From an uncultured Verrucomicrobiota bacterium (GTDB taxonomy: Bacteria; Verrucomicrobiota; Verrucomicrobiia; Limisphaerales; UBA9464): DNA of 64,000 nt. Shown piece by piece: positions 26,224-37,129 of the stretch (position 1 is its first letter; the number at the start of each line of letters is the position of its first letter). Under the pieces are notes generated by a model. That model was not told where the DNA came from, made no database searches, and saw only the letters and a program-made list of their open reading frames with translations. The translations under genes were made by a program, and so were the position numbers. The stretch spans positions 8,938 through 72,937 of the forward strand of contig CAYYSX010000002.1 of NCBI GenBank assembly GCA_964474315.1, written 5' to 3'.

Positions 26224-27576
26224 TCAGGGAGTTTCCCCGGCGAGTTCCCGCAGGAGCTCGACTGCCACCTCGGCGATGCGCTCGCCGGTGCCCGGTTCGG
26301 CATAGCTGTGAAAGCCGGTCCAGACCTGATAGCCGCCCAGGTGATGCCCTTCGCGATTGGACAGGTAGCCGATCCAGTCGTTAGCCAATTCCGCGACATA
26401 AGTATGACGGAAGGGCGAACGATTTTTGATGTCGAGTCCGAGTTGAGTGAAGTATTCCGCGGGCACCCCGACCACCGCCAGGTCACCGATGCGTAGCGCC
26501 TGAACCCACGTTTCGCGTTCCTGTCCCTGCTGGTCAGCCAGTTCCTGGCGCATATGGGTAAACACCTGGCGGATGATCTCATCATACGGTGGTCCGACAT
26601 ATTGGCGTACATAGCGGGTGACGGCGGCCTCTTCCGCGTCTTCGTCGAACTGACGGACGCGAAACTTTACGGCGCGTTTGCGAGCGGCGAGGGATCCCAC
26701 CTTGCGGGGCTGCGTCCGCTGCAGAGTGTCGAATACGGCGGTTTTAAGGCGGCGGATACATTCGTCGCCGGACAGGTCCAGGTTGTGAGTCGAGCCGCTG
26801 GCTCCCTCGAGAAACAACGCCACGCCTCCAAGCTGTTGTTCCAGCTCCTGGGCCGCCAACCCGTAAAAGCTCGGTGACCGGTATCCCGCAGTGCGAACGC
26901 CGATGGTGTGAGTGCTGTGGTTGAACAGGAGGGCTTGCAATCGGTCGTCCTCACCGCGAAAGGCCAGCACCGGTAATTCGGGATCAAACGGGCCGGTGGT
27001 CCGGACGACATTGGTTCGCGGACCAATCCAGTAGATTTGTCCGTCGGCCAGCAGCAGCCGGCTATTTTGTCCGACCGTTCTCTCTTCCCCCAAGGCAAAC
27101 CACAGACGGCTCGGAGCGAGACGGTCCCGCGCGGCAACCACCGCCTTCACCAGAGCGTCCTGTACCCGGCGGGTGAACGGAAGATCGGGACCATAGTCGT
27201 GAACCCGCATCGTGCTGGGCGCGTGATGGGTATGCGTACAATTGATCAGGATGTGAGCGGCAGGAATACCCGTGGCCTGAGTGATCTCCGCCACGACCGG
27301 ATCCAATGTCTCGCGGGTCAGCATCAGGACATCGCACGCCGCCAGAATGAGTTCCGTTCCCCCTTTCTCCAGCACCAGGGCGACGCACCGGAGCTTGCCT
27401 TCCTGTCCCGACGCTTTGCCTGCGGTGATGCCTCCTGCGATGACCATGGAGTCATCGGCTTCGAGCTCGACGGCGGCGGCTCCCATCCGCAGTTCTTGAG
27501 CGGAAACGAAGAGCACCAGGGACCACGGCGCAAAACAGGCCAGCACGAACACGCGAAGCCGGATCAACAAATCCAC
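26224..27576 (-). CDS. hypothetical hydrolase, neutral/alkaline ceramidase N-terminal-domain-like
   Basis: 450 aa. Signal peptide. The pattern LRCVALVLEKGGTELILAACDVLML...INCTHTHHAPS resembles ceramidase-type N-domains. The function call is weak; the CDS itself is well supported by length. Confidence 0.45.
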   Translation of the reverse strand: MDLLIRLRVFVLACFAPWSLVLFVSAQELRMGAAAVELEADDSMVIAGGITAGKASGQEGKLRCVALVLEKGGTELILAACDVLMLTRETLDPVVAEITQATGIPAAHILINCTHTHHAPSTMRVHDYGPDLPFTRRVQDALVKAVVAARDRLAPSRLWFALGEERTVGQNSRLLLADGQIYWIGPRTNVVRTTGPFDPELPVLAFRGEDDRLQALLFNHSTHTIGVRTAGYRSPSFYGLAAQELEQQLGGVALFLEGASGSTHNLDLSGDECIRRLKTAVFDTLQRTQPRKVGSLAARKRAVKFRVRQFDEDAEEAAVTRYVRQYVGPPYDEIIRQVFTHMRQELADQQGQERETWVQALRIGDLAVVGVPAEYFTQLGLDIKNRSPFRHTYVAELANDWIGYLSNREGHHLGGYQVWTGFHSYAEPGTGERIAEVAVELLRELAGETP

Positions 27577-27672
27577 CCGGTGAGGGTGAACGGCCGGCGT
27601 TCCAAAGGCGATTCCGAACCAAGGACGCCTTGGAACATTCCCGTTCTCTCGGACGTCTGCCGAGAGGCTGGA

Positions 27673-28080
27673 TTACGACCGCCGCCGCCGCTTCACATTC
27701 AACTGCGTCAACGAATGCATCAACGCCGCCTGCACCGTGGCGTGTTCGTCGTCGCCGAGCTTCTCCGAGAGCCGCGCCTCCGCCCGCTTGCGGGCCTCTT
27801 CCGCTTTGGTCTCGTCGATGTCATCCGCCTTGATGGCCATGTCCGTCAGAATGGCCACTCGTTCCCCCGTGACTTCGACGAAGCCGGAACCAACTGCGAG
27901 GAAGTGGTCCTGACCGTCCTTGCGGGCGCAGACTTCGCCGGCGGCGATTTCGGTCATCAACGGAACGTGCATCGGATACACCCCCAGTTCGCCTTCGACA
28001 CCCGGCAACGTGACTAGGTCCACATCCTCCGAATAGATCTTCGCTTCGGGGGTGACGATTTCGAGTTTCAGCGTTGCCAT
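27673..28080 (-). CDS. atpC: F1 ATP synthase subunit epsilon
   Basis: 135 aa. MATLKLEIVTPE...LPG.EGE.GV.P.H.P start typical of epsilon. Last gene of the atp operon. Confidence 0.9.
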   Translation of the reverse strand: MATLKLEIVTPEAKIYSEDVDLVTLPGVEGELGVYPMHVPLMTEIAAGEVCARKDGQDHFLAVGSGFVEVTGERVAILTDMAIKADDIDETKAEEARKRAEARLSEKLGDDEHATVQAALMHSLTQLNVKRRRRS

Positions 28081-28159
28081 GGTCGTTGCACTTTTGTTCC
28101 AGCCGCGCCGCCCGGAGCAGAGGCGGGAGCCGGAGGAGGATCGTCAAGGATAGGAAGCA

Positions 28160-29659
<1,500 letters not shown>

Positions 29660-29666
29660 TCACCGA

Positions 29667-30545
29667 TCAACCCAAGGCCATCTGGGCCGTGGTGATTTCG
29701 AGCAGCTCGTTGGTGATACTGGCTTGGCGCATCTTGTTGTACTCGAGGGTGAGGTCCTTGATGATCTGTTTGGCGTTATCGGTCGCGTTCTTCATCGCCA
29801 CCATCCGCGCGGAATGCTCCGACGCCTTGGCCTCCTGAAGGAACTGGAAAACCTGATAGTTGAGGTAATGCGGCAGAAGGCTGCCCAACACGGCGGCGGC
29901 GCCCGGTTCGAACAGGTACTCCTTCTCGGTGCCCGGCTGCAGGGTCTCGCCCTGACTTTCTCCGGCAAGGTCCGCATCCAGCCGCTTGAGCTCACCCAGC
30001 GGAAGAAGCGTCCGGATCTCGGGTCGCTGCGTCAGCGTCGAAACGAAGTTGTTGTAGCCGACATCGACCTGATCGACCTTGCCCTCCAGGAACAACTCCT
30101 GGGCGAAACGCGAGATCGTTCGTGCTTCGGCGAAAGACGGGGTATCGCGGTAAGTGAACTCGGCCGCCAGTTCCCGCTTCAGGCGGGCCACGAATTGGGC
30201 TCCCTTTCTCCCGGCGCAGATGTAAATCGCGGTGGCGTCAAACCGGTTCAACTCGCGAAGGAGATTCGTGTTCAGCGCCCCGCAGAGGCCCTTGTCGGTG
30301 GTGATGAGGATCACGGCCCGTCGCTTCACGTCCCGCTTTTCCATCAGCGGATGGGTAAATTCCCCGGCGCCCGCCGTGGACGCGGCCAGCACTTCGTTCA
30401 TGAGCTGGGCATACGGACGCCCCGCCAGTGCCGAAAGCTGCGCCTTGCGCATCTTCGCCGAGGCCACCATCTGCATGGCTTTGGTGATCTGCGCCGTATT
30501 CTTGACCGATTTGATCCGGCGGCGGATGTCGCGCGTACTCGGCAT
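29667..30545 (-). CDS. atpG: F1 ATP synthase subunit gamma
   Basis: 292 aa. MPSTRDIRRRIKSVKNTAQITKAMQMVASAKMRKAQ start and C-terminal ITNELLEI. Confidence 0.95.
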   Translation of the reverse strand: MPSTRDIRRRIKSVKNTAQITKAMQMVASAKMRKAQLSALAGRPYAQLMNEVLAASTAGAGEFTHPLMEKRDVKRRAVILITTDKGLCGALNTNLLRELNRFDATAIYICAGRKGAQFVARLKRELAAEFTYRDTPSFAEARTISRFAQELFLEGKVDQVDVGYNNFVSTLTQRPEIRTLLPLGELKRLDADLAGESQGETLQPGTEKEYLFEPGAAAVLGSLLPHYLNYQVFQFLQEAKASEHSARMVAMKNATDNAKQIIKDLTLEYNKMRQASITNELLEITTAQMALG

Positions 30546-30580
30546 GGGGTGTCAGGGCGTTTTCGGCGGCTGGGTTCAGC

Positions 30581-32107
30581 TTAGCGGTAATTCTGTTTGA
30601 ACTCGCTGATGGCCGCCTTGAGTTCGCCGGCCAAGGCGTCGCCGAACGCCTTTTCCGTCCGGATCTTCTCCAGGACCGCGGCCTTCCGGCTTCCTAAGAA
30701 GTCGGTCAACTTGGCTTGGAAATCCTTCACTTTCTCGACCGGCACGTCGTCGAGCAGGTTGTTCTGCATGGCCCACAGGATGGCCGCCTGCAGTTCGACT
30801 GGAATCGGATTGTACTGGTTCTGTTTGAACAGTTCGACGATGCGCTTGCCGCGTTCCAGGGTGGCCTGCGTCTTGGCATCCAGATCGGAACCGAATTGCG
30901 CGAAGGCCGCCAGTTCGCGGAACTGTGCCAGGTCGAGTTTGATGCGGCCGGCGACTTGTTTCATGGCCTTGATCTGAGCGGCCGAACCCACGCGGGATAC
31001 TGAAAGACCGACCGAAATCGCAGGCCGAATACCCTGATAGAACAGGTCGGTTTCCAGATAAATCTGGCCGTCGGTAATGGAAATGACGTTGGTGGGAATG
31101 TAGGCGGAAACGTCACCCGCCTGCGTCTCGATAATGGGGAGCGCCGTCAGCGAACCGTTGCCGTTGTGCTCATTGACGCGAGCCGCCCGCTCCAACAGAC
31201 GGCTGTGCAGATAGAACACGTCTCCCGGATACGCCTCGCGACCGGAAGGCCGCTTGAGAACCAAAGAAACCTGACGATAGGCGACGGCCTGCTTGGACAA
31301 GTCATCGTAAATGATCAGGGCGTCCATGCCGTTATCCATGAACCACTCGCCCATGGCGGCACCGGCAAAGGGCGCCAGATACTGAGACGCCGCGGGAGAA
31401 TCCGCCGCCGCCGCCACAACGATGGTGAAATCCAGCGCCCCCGCCTTCTCCAGTTCGGCGATCACCCGGGCGACGTTCGACTGCTTCTGGCCCACCGCGA
31501 CGTAAATGCTGTACACCGGCCGGAATCCCTCCACGCCCGCGTTCTGTTTGTTGATCCGGGCCTGGTTGATCATCGTATCCACCCCGATGGTGGTCTTGCC
31601 GGTGGAGCGGTCGCCAATGATCAACTCGCGCTGGCCGCGACCGATGGGGATCATGGCATCGATCGCCATGATGCCGGTTTGCAGCGGCTGGTTGACGGAC
31701 TGCCGCTTCACGATTCCCGGGGCAATTTTTTCCACCGGGTAAAAGGTCTGGCAGGCAATCTCGCCCTTGCCGTCCACCGGGCGGCCCAAGGTATCCACCA
31801 CGCGGCCGAGCAATTCCTTGCCCACGGGAACCGAGAGCAGCTTGCCGGTGGTCTTGACCTCGGTGCCTTCTTTGATGCCGAGGTAATCGCCTAAGATAAT
31901 GGCACCGACTTCGGTTTCCTCGAGGTTCAGCGCCAAACCGATGATGCCATTGCCGAAATCAAGCATCTCATTGGCCATGGCGTCGGTGAGGCCCTCGATT
32001 TTGGCGACACCGTCGGAGATTTCGCGGACAGAGCCGACGTTCTGACGCTGGACCGCGGCTTTCACGCCGGCGATCTGTGCTTCGATTTCCTGGAGAATGT
32101 TACTCAT
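30581..32107 (-). CDS. atpA: F1 ATP synthase subunit alpha
   Basis: 508 aa. Walker A GDRSTGKT, then [14 protein letters not shown] and [17 protein letters not shown]. Confidence 0.97.
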   Translation of the reverse strand: MSNILQEIEAQIAGVKAAVQRQNVGSVREISDGVAKIEGLTDAMANEMLDFGNGIIGLALNLEETEVGAIILGDYLGIKEGTEVKTTGKLLSVPVGKELLGRVVDTLGRPVDGKGEIACQTFYPVEKIAPGIVKRQSVNQPLQTGIMAIDAMIPIGRGQRELIIGDRSTGKTTIGVDTMINQARINKQNAGVEGFRPVYSIYVAVGQKQSNVARVIAELEKAGALDFTIVVAAAADSPAASQYLAPFAGAAMGEWFMDNGMDALIIYDDLSKQAVAYRQVSLVLKRPSGREAYPGDVFYLHSRLLERAARVNEHNGNGSLTALPIIETQAGDVSAYIPTNVISITDGQIYLETDLFYQGIRPAISVGLSVSRVGSAAQIKAMKQVAGRIKLDLAQFRELAAFAQFGSDLDAKTQATLERGKRIVELFKQNQYNPIPVELQAAILWAMQNNLLDDVPVEKVKDFQAKLTDFLGSRKAAVLEKIRTEKAFGDALAGELKAAISEFKQNYR

Positions 32108-32154
32108 CGGGACTGAATGGGATTGAAAGTGGTGAGTTCTGGAGCGGAGGCAGA

Positions 32155-32547
32155 TCAGGCAACGTCGTCGAGGGCGGCTAGGCGACCGGCGACGGATCCG
32201 TCGTAAATATCGCTGCCGACCTTGATCTTGAGGCCGCCGATCAAGGCGGGGTTGATCCAGAAGGTCAGATTAAGTCCGGAACCATAGAGGCGTTCGAGAC
32301 TGGTCTGGATGGACTGAATTTGGGCGGAAGTGGTCTCGACGGCGTTCTCGACCCGGGCGGTGCGGCGTTCGAGATCGAGTCTCACCAAGCGTTTGAGATG
32401 CTCCACGATCGCCAGGTAACCTCGAGGTTTGGCCGCCAGCACCCGGCTTACCACCTCCCGCACGCGCGCCTCATCCAACACTCCGTTGACCCGGCAGACC
32501 TGGAACAGTTCACGGGCCTCGCGTTGGGACTGTTTGGAGATCTTCAT
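32155..32547 (-). CDS. atpH: F1 ATP synthase subunit delta (OSCP), short form
   Basis: 130 aa. Sits between atpF and atpA. C-terminal OSCP-like [21 protein letters not shown]. Only 24 nt separate it from the atpF stop, so a longer N-terminus is not available. Confidence 0.7.
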   Translation of the reverse strand: MKISKQSQREARELFQVCRVNGVLDEARVREVVSRVLAAKPRGYLAIVEHLKRLVRLDLERRTARVENAVETTSAQIQSIQTSLERLYGSGLNLTFWINPALIGGLKIKVGSDIYDGSVAGRLAALDDVA

Positions 32548-32571
32548 GAATTCGGGCGGGCGGGACTAAAA

Positions 32572-33123
32572 TCAGTTGTTGGCCAACATCTGGTTGGTGT
32601 CGTCGGCCAGGCGCTGTTTCTGCTCCACCGTCAAAACGTTGGCCGTGACCCTGGCGCTGGTTTCCACCACCAAGCGGGTGACTTCCTTGCGTAGTTCGCC
32701 CTTCAGACGCGCCAGTTCCGCATCCCCTGCGGCGCGGGCCTTGGCGAGAATGTCCTGCGCATCCGCGACGGCCTGTTGACGGCTCTTCTCGGTCTCCGCC
32801 GCCACGGCGGCGCGGGCCTCCTCCATCATCTTGGCTCCTTCCTGGCTCGCCTGATGGATGATTTCGCCGGCTTTGTTTTGGGCGTTGGCCAGCTCGGCCT
32901 TGATCTTCTCAGCATTGGCCAGGCCTTCCTCGATAAGCGCGCTCCGCTTTTGCAGCACCTGTTGAATCGGACGGAAGGCGAAGGCTCTCAACAGCAGCGC
33001 CACAATGGTGAAGCTGATGATGTTGGAGATGAGCGCGGGCCAATTGGCCCCGAAAGTGTGGGCGATCTGTTGGACCGTCCCGCCTTCCGAGGCGGTCGCT
33101 GCGAGGAGGAGGTACTGACTCAT
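32572..33123 (-). CDS. atpF: Fo ATP synthase subunit b
   Basis: 183 aa. Single N-terminal TM helix, then a long charged Ala/Glu/Lys-rich coiled coil. Operon position fits. Confidence 0.8.
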   Translation of the reverse strand: MSQYLLLAATASEGGTVQQIAHTFGANWPALISNIISFTIVALLLRAFAFRPIQQVLQKRSALIEEGLANAEKIKAELANAQNKAGEIIHQASQEGAKMMEEARAAVAAETEKSRQQAVADAQDILAKARAAGDAELARLKGELRKEVTRLVVETSARVTANVLTVEQKQRLADDTNQMLANN

Positions 33124-33183
33124 ACGCCGGAAAGAATGGGGAAATCGTTGGGGCGCGGGACGACGGCGTCCCGCGCCGGGCGA

Positions 33184-33393
33184 TCAACGGCCGTTCCAGA
33201 GGAACAGCGCGAAGAACACAATACCTTCCGCGAAGGCCGTGCTCAGGATCGCCTGGACGAGGATCTTCGTGGACGCGCCGGGATTCCGGCCAACCGCCTC
33301 CGAAGCGCCCTTGCCGATCATACCCACGCCGAGGGCGGCGCCCAGACAGGCAGCCGCAACGTGGATATTACCGGTAATTTCAGCGAGCATCAT
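33184..33393 (-). CDS. atpE: Fo ATP synthase subunit c
   Basis: 69 aa. Two-helix hairpin with loop GRNPG and a carboxylate in helix 2 (AFAEGIVFFAL). Confidence 0.85.
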   Translation of the reverse strand: MMLAEITGNIHVAAACLGAALGVGMIGKGASEAVGRNPGASTKILVQAILSTAFAEGIVFFALFLWNGR

Positions 33394-33461
33394 AGTTGTT
33401 ATCTTTTTGTGTTGTGTCCGGCCGCCCCGGCGGACTTGCCACCGTCTGACGGCCGAAAGTT

Positions 33462-34487
33462 TCAGTGTTCGGCGTGGGCCTTTCCGTGCCCCTCCGATTC
33501 ATCGTGCATGCAGATCAACAGCGTGAAGACCGCGGTCAGCAACATGAAGACGAAGGCCTGCACCACCCCCACCAACACCTCCATGAAGTAGAACGGCAGG
33601 GCCACCAGCCAGCCCCACCAGGCCCCGCCGAGATGGGTCATCGATTCGAGCATGTTCTCCCCGGCGAAGATGTTGCCGTAGAGACGGAAGCTCAGGGAAA
33701 TGGGACGGAACAGGATGGAAACGATCTCCAACAAGCCCACCGCGAAGAAGACGATCACCATCAACACGAAAAGCGGTCCGGTAATCTCTCCCTTGGGGGG
33801 AGCGAACAGGTGCTTCAGGAAGCCTCCGAATCCGTTCTCTTGAATGGCCCAGATGGTCCACAACGCGAAGAAGACCATTGCCATGGCGAAGGTCATGTTG
33901 AAATCGGCATGGACCCCGCGGAGCAAGGGTTGGGTTACGTGAAACCCGTGAGACGTTTGGACGCCGTACCCGATCGTACCCACGCCCGGAATCAAGCCCG
34001 ACCAGTTGGTGGTCAGGATGAAGATGAACAAGGAACCAAAGAACCAAAACGTCTTGTCGAGCAAATGTTTGCCGACCAGTTCCTTCAGAAAATTGTACAG
34101 GCTCTCTACCAACCATTCCCAAAAATTCTGCGCCCCCTGGGGAATCATGGCGGCCTTCCGCATCGCGATCTGGGCCGCGGCGATCAGCGCGGCGGCGATG
34201 AACCACGTCCAGACCATCGAATTGGTTACCGGTAACGGGCCGAGGTGGAACAGGACGGGAGCGGCCGTTGGCAACCCGGAAGGCGCCTCCTCACCATGGC
34301 CAGCCTCCCCGGCATCTGCCGCCCATCCCAAGGCAGGCAACGCCAGACCCAAAATGATCGCGAAAATGAAGCGCCAAAAACGCATGTTCAGGTGGAGGAA
34401 CCCGGCGCGACGAGACAAGAAGTCCCGCCAATCCATCCTGGTTGCCTCGAAAGAGACGCCGAGTCTGTCGTGTGTGAAACTTTTCAC
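33462..34487 (-). CDS. atpB: Fo ATP synthase subunit a (with N-terminal signal-like extension)
   Basis: Maximal ORF is 341 aa from GTG 34487. Alternative ATG starts at 34436 and 34385 (MRFWRFIFAIILGLALPALGWA). C-terminal RLYGNIFAGE and LVGVVQAFVFMLLT motifs are typical of subunit a. Confidence 0.85.
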   Translation of the reverse strand: MKSFTHDRLGVSFEATRMDWRDFLSRRAGFLHLNMRFWRFIFAIILGLALPALGWAADAGEAGHGEEAPSGLPTAAPVLFHLGPLPVTNSMVWTWFIAAALIAAAQIAMRKAAMIPQGAQNFWEWLVESLYNFLKELVGKHLLDKTFWFFGSLFIFILTTNWSGLIPGVGTIGYGVQTSHGFHVTQPLLRGVHADFNMTFAMAMVFFALWTIWAIQENGFGGFLKHLFAPPKGEITGPLFVLMVIVFFAVGLLEIVSILFRPISLSFRLYGNIFAGENMLESMTHLGGAWWGWLVALPFYFMEVLVGVVQAFVFMLLTAVFTLLICMHDESEGHGKAHAEH

Positions 34488-35159
34488 AAGAGGTTTTTTG
34501 AGACCCTCACAAGATCACCCATAACCCTCGACCTGCCAGGGGATGGGCCGGTCCGTACCATCCGCAGCCCCAGTTCGCGTGGTTCAGGATGATCCCCAGA
34601 GCCAAATTCCCCATCCCAAACCCCTGACGTCCGTCCCTGGCCGGGCAAGTACGGCAGGCGGCCCAGCCCCGGCAGCCAAGCCCACCCGGGCGACAATGGC
34701 TCCTGCACATGGGCAAGCTGGAGGACGGCCTGATCCATCACCTGACCTCCTCCGGCAATGCCGATATTCGCCGCCAACTGGTCCTGTTTGAAGGCTCGCT
34801 TCTGGGATAATGGCGCTGGTCGTTGCAGATGCATTGAGGGTGAACTGGCGCTTCCGGGTTCACCAGGAAATAGAGGGCGGTATCGATCCGGCGTTTCTCA
34901 GCGAAGTGGACTGGCAGCGTCCGTTCCGGAATGGCCAGCGCATTTTATTACTGTACTGAAAGCCGCTCCTTGGGCCAGACGCTGAGCTTGGTCGCTGGAG
35001 TGTTGCAGGCCCCGCCAAAGGGTTTGGGCGCCGGGTTCGCCGTTGCCGTTGCGCCCCGATCAAGCCGTCCAACTGGGCGACGATCCACACCGGTTCCCGC
35101 AGGCGCAGCAGTTGCTCTGCTGAAATTGCCCGGCGCGAAGCCCTGGGCTATTCGAAAGC

Positions 35160-35846
35160 GTGCCGCGCGAATCACACGCTGTCCGAGTCCAACGAACCCG
35201 AAAGATCGTGGAACAACTGGCGACGACCTACCCCGACGCCCATTGCGAACTCAACTACTCCAATCCTCTGGAACTGTTGGTGGCCACCATTCTGTCCGCC
35301 CAATGCACCGACCGGCAGGTAAACCTGGTTACTACCACCTTGTTTCCTGAATTCCGGACCGCCGCCGACTATGCCTGCGCTCCGTTGGACGTGTTGTCGA
35401 AACGGATCCAACGACTGGGTTTGTTTCGTAACAAGGCGAAGAACATTCAATCCGCCTGCCGTACGCTGGTCGAACAGCACCACGGCGAAGTGCCGCAAAC
35501 AATGGCCGAACTCACCGCCTTGGACGGCGTCGGACGCAAGACGGCCAATGTGGTTCTGGGCAATGCCTTCGCCATCAATGTGGGCATTGTCGTCGATACG
35601 CATGTGGCCCGGCTTTCACAGCGCCTGCGGCTGACCTCCGAAACCGATCCGGTCAAGATTGAGCAGGCCTTGATATCGTTGGTTCCCCGGGACCAATGGA
35701 CCCAGTTCAGCCATTGGTTGATCTGGCATGGGCGCCGACGATGTTTTGCCCGGAATCCCGATTGTTCGACCTGCGAGATCCGTTGGTTCTGTCCATCCGC
35801 AGACCGCGTTTCTACATCCCCATCAGGAAGTAAGGGGAGGGGATAG
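35160..35846 (+). CDS. nth: endonuclease III (DNA glycosylase/AP lyase)
   Basis: 228 aa. HhH-GPD motif LTALDGVGRKTANVVL and 4Fe-4S ligands CFARNPDCSTCEIRWFC. Confidence 0.9.
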   Translation: MPRESHAVRVQRTRKIVEQLATTYPDAHCELNYSNPLELLVATILSAQCTDRQVNLVTTTLFPEFRTAADYACAPLDVLSKRIQRLGLFRNKAKNIQSACRTLVEQHHGEVPQTMAELTALDGVGRKTANVVLGNAFAINVGIVVDTHVARLSQRLRLTSETDPVKIEQALISLVPRDQWTQFSHWLIWHGRRRCFARNPDCSTCEIRWFCPSADRVSTSPSGSKGRG

Positions 35847-35886
35847 AGGCTTGTTCCATCGACCTCCGCCTCACAGCCTTGCAGCC

Positions 35887-36453
35887 ATGACGATTGACGA
35901 AGCGCTGGCGCTGTTCCGCTCCACCGGGGCGCTATTGGAAGGCCATTTTGTCCTCCGCAGCGGCCTGCATAGCCGGCAGTTCTTTCAGTGCGCCCTGGCC
36001 CTGCAACAGATGCCGCTGGTGGAGAAATTTGGAGCCGCCTTGGCCGCACGCGTGGCGGACTTGGGGACGCAAACCGTGATTGCGCCGGCCATGGGGGGGC
36101 TCGTCATTGGGCAGGAGGTGGCGCGCCAATTAGGCGTCCGGTTCATTTTCGCCGAGAAGGAGGAAGGCAAACTGGTGTTGCGACGGGGATTCAAAATCAG
36201 CTCCGGTGAACGCTGCCTGGTGGTGGAGGATGTCGTTACGAAAGGGGGGCGGGTCGCGGAAACGATGGAGATTGTCCGTGTGGCAGGCGGTTTCGTCACC
36301 GGAGTGGCCGTGGTGGTGGATCGTTCTGATGGCACCCTGGACCTTGGTGTCCCCTTGCGCAGCCTGATCCGGCTGCCCGTGGAAACCTTCCCCGCCGACG
36401 GGCTGCCGCCCGACTTGGCCGAATCGCCGGCTATAAAACCGGGAAGCCGCTGA
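35887..36453 (+). CDS. pyrE: orotate phosphoribosyltransferase
   Basis: 188 aa from ATG 35887 (MTIDEALALFRSTGALLEGHFVLRSGLHS). PRPP-binding loop CLVVEDVVTKGGR. The track ORF from 35728 extends upstream out of context. Confidence 0.9.
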   Translation: MTIDEALALFRSTGALLEGHFVLRSGLHSRQFFQCALALQQMPLVEKFGAALAARVADLGTQTVIAPAMGGLVIGQEVARQLGVRFIFAEKEEGKLVLRRGFKISSGERCLVVEDVVTKGGRVAETMEIVRVAGGFVTGVAVVVDRSDGTLDLGVPLRSLIRLPVETFPADGLPPDLAESPAIKPGSR

Positions 36454-36499
36454 AATCGGTTCGGAACGACATGGGCAAGGCAACCCACCGCCGAACATA

Positions 36500-37084
36500 T
36501 CATAACGCCGCCAGAATGCGATCCCATTGGCGGGCATGAACATCGATGCTGCCTTCCGTCCAGACGACAAAACGGGCCCGGGTGATCTTCTCTTCCACGG
36601 GCAACTGCGCTGCGTTGCGAGCATCGATGTCGCCTTCGGACCAGCCCCGTTCGGTCAATCGCTTCCGTTGCGACGCCTTAGTACATGCCACGGCGACAAC
36701 CGCAGAAAACTCCGCCTCATAGCCCCGTTCGAACAATAGAGGGATCAAGACCGCTGCGTGGGTCTGACCTTCCCGTGCCCATTGCTGTACCTGAGCCCGC
36801 CAAGCTAGCGCGATGCGGGGATGCAGGATGGTTTCCAAACGTTCCCGCGCCTCCGTCTGGCTAAAAACTACCTCCGCCAATCTGGCACGGTTCAAAGAAC
36901 CATCCGGATGAAGCATCGCGACGCCGAATGCTTCCCGGATCTCCGCCAATCCCGGCGTACCTGATTCGGTTGCCTGCCGGGCCAAGGCATCGCTGTCCAC
37001 GACCCGGATACCTCGGGCCTCAAGCAGACCACCGGCCGTGGATTTTCCCATTCCGATTCCACCGGTCACCCCGAGCAACTTCAT
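36500..37084 (-). CDS. coaE: dephospho-CoA kinase
   Basis: 194 aa. P-loop LLGVTGGIGMGKST at the N-terminus, with typical length and layout. Confidence 0.9.
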   Translation of the reverse strand: MKLLGVTGGIGMGKSTAGGLLEARGIRVVDSDALARQATESGTPGLAEIREAFGVAMLHPDGSLNRARLAEVVFSQTEARERLETILHPRIALAWRAQVQQWAREGQTHAAVLIPLLFERGYEAEFSAVVAVACTKASQRKRLTERGWSEGDIDARNAAQLPVEEKITRARFVVWTEGSIDVHARQWDRILAAL

Positions 37085-37129
37085 CCATCAAAACGGAAAA
37101 GGCCGCCCCATCGGGCGGCCCTCACTTGC

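Noticed and set aside
34484-34834. Candidate atpI/atpZ small membrane-protein gene upstream of atpB (116-aa and 69-aa minus-strand ORFs)
   Set aside because: I translated all three minus-strand frames. None gives the two hydrophobic helices expected of AtpI/AtpZ. The products are Gly/Pro/Arg-rich. The region is kept as an unexplained region under findings instead.
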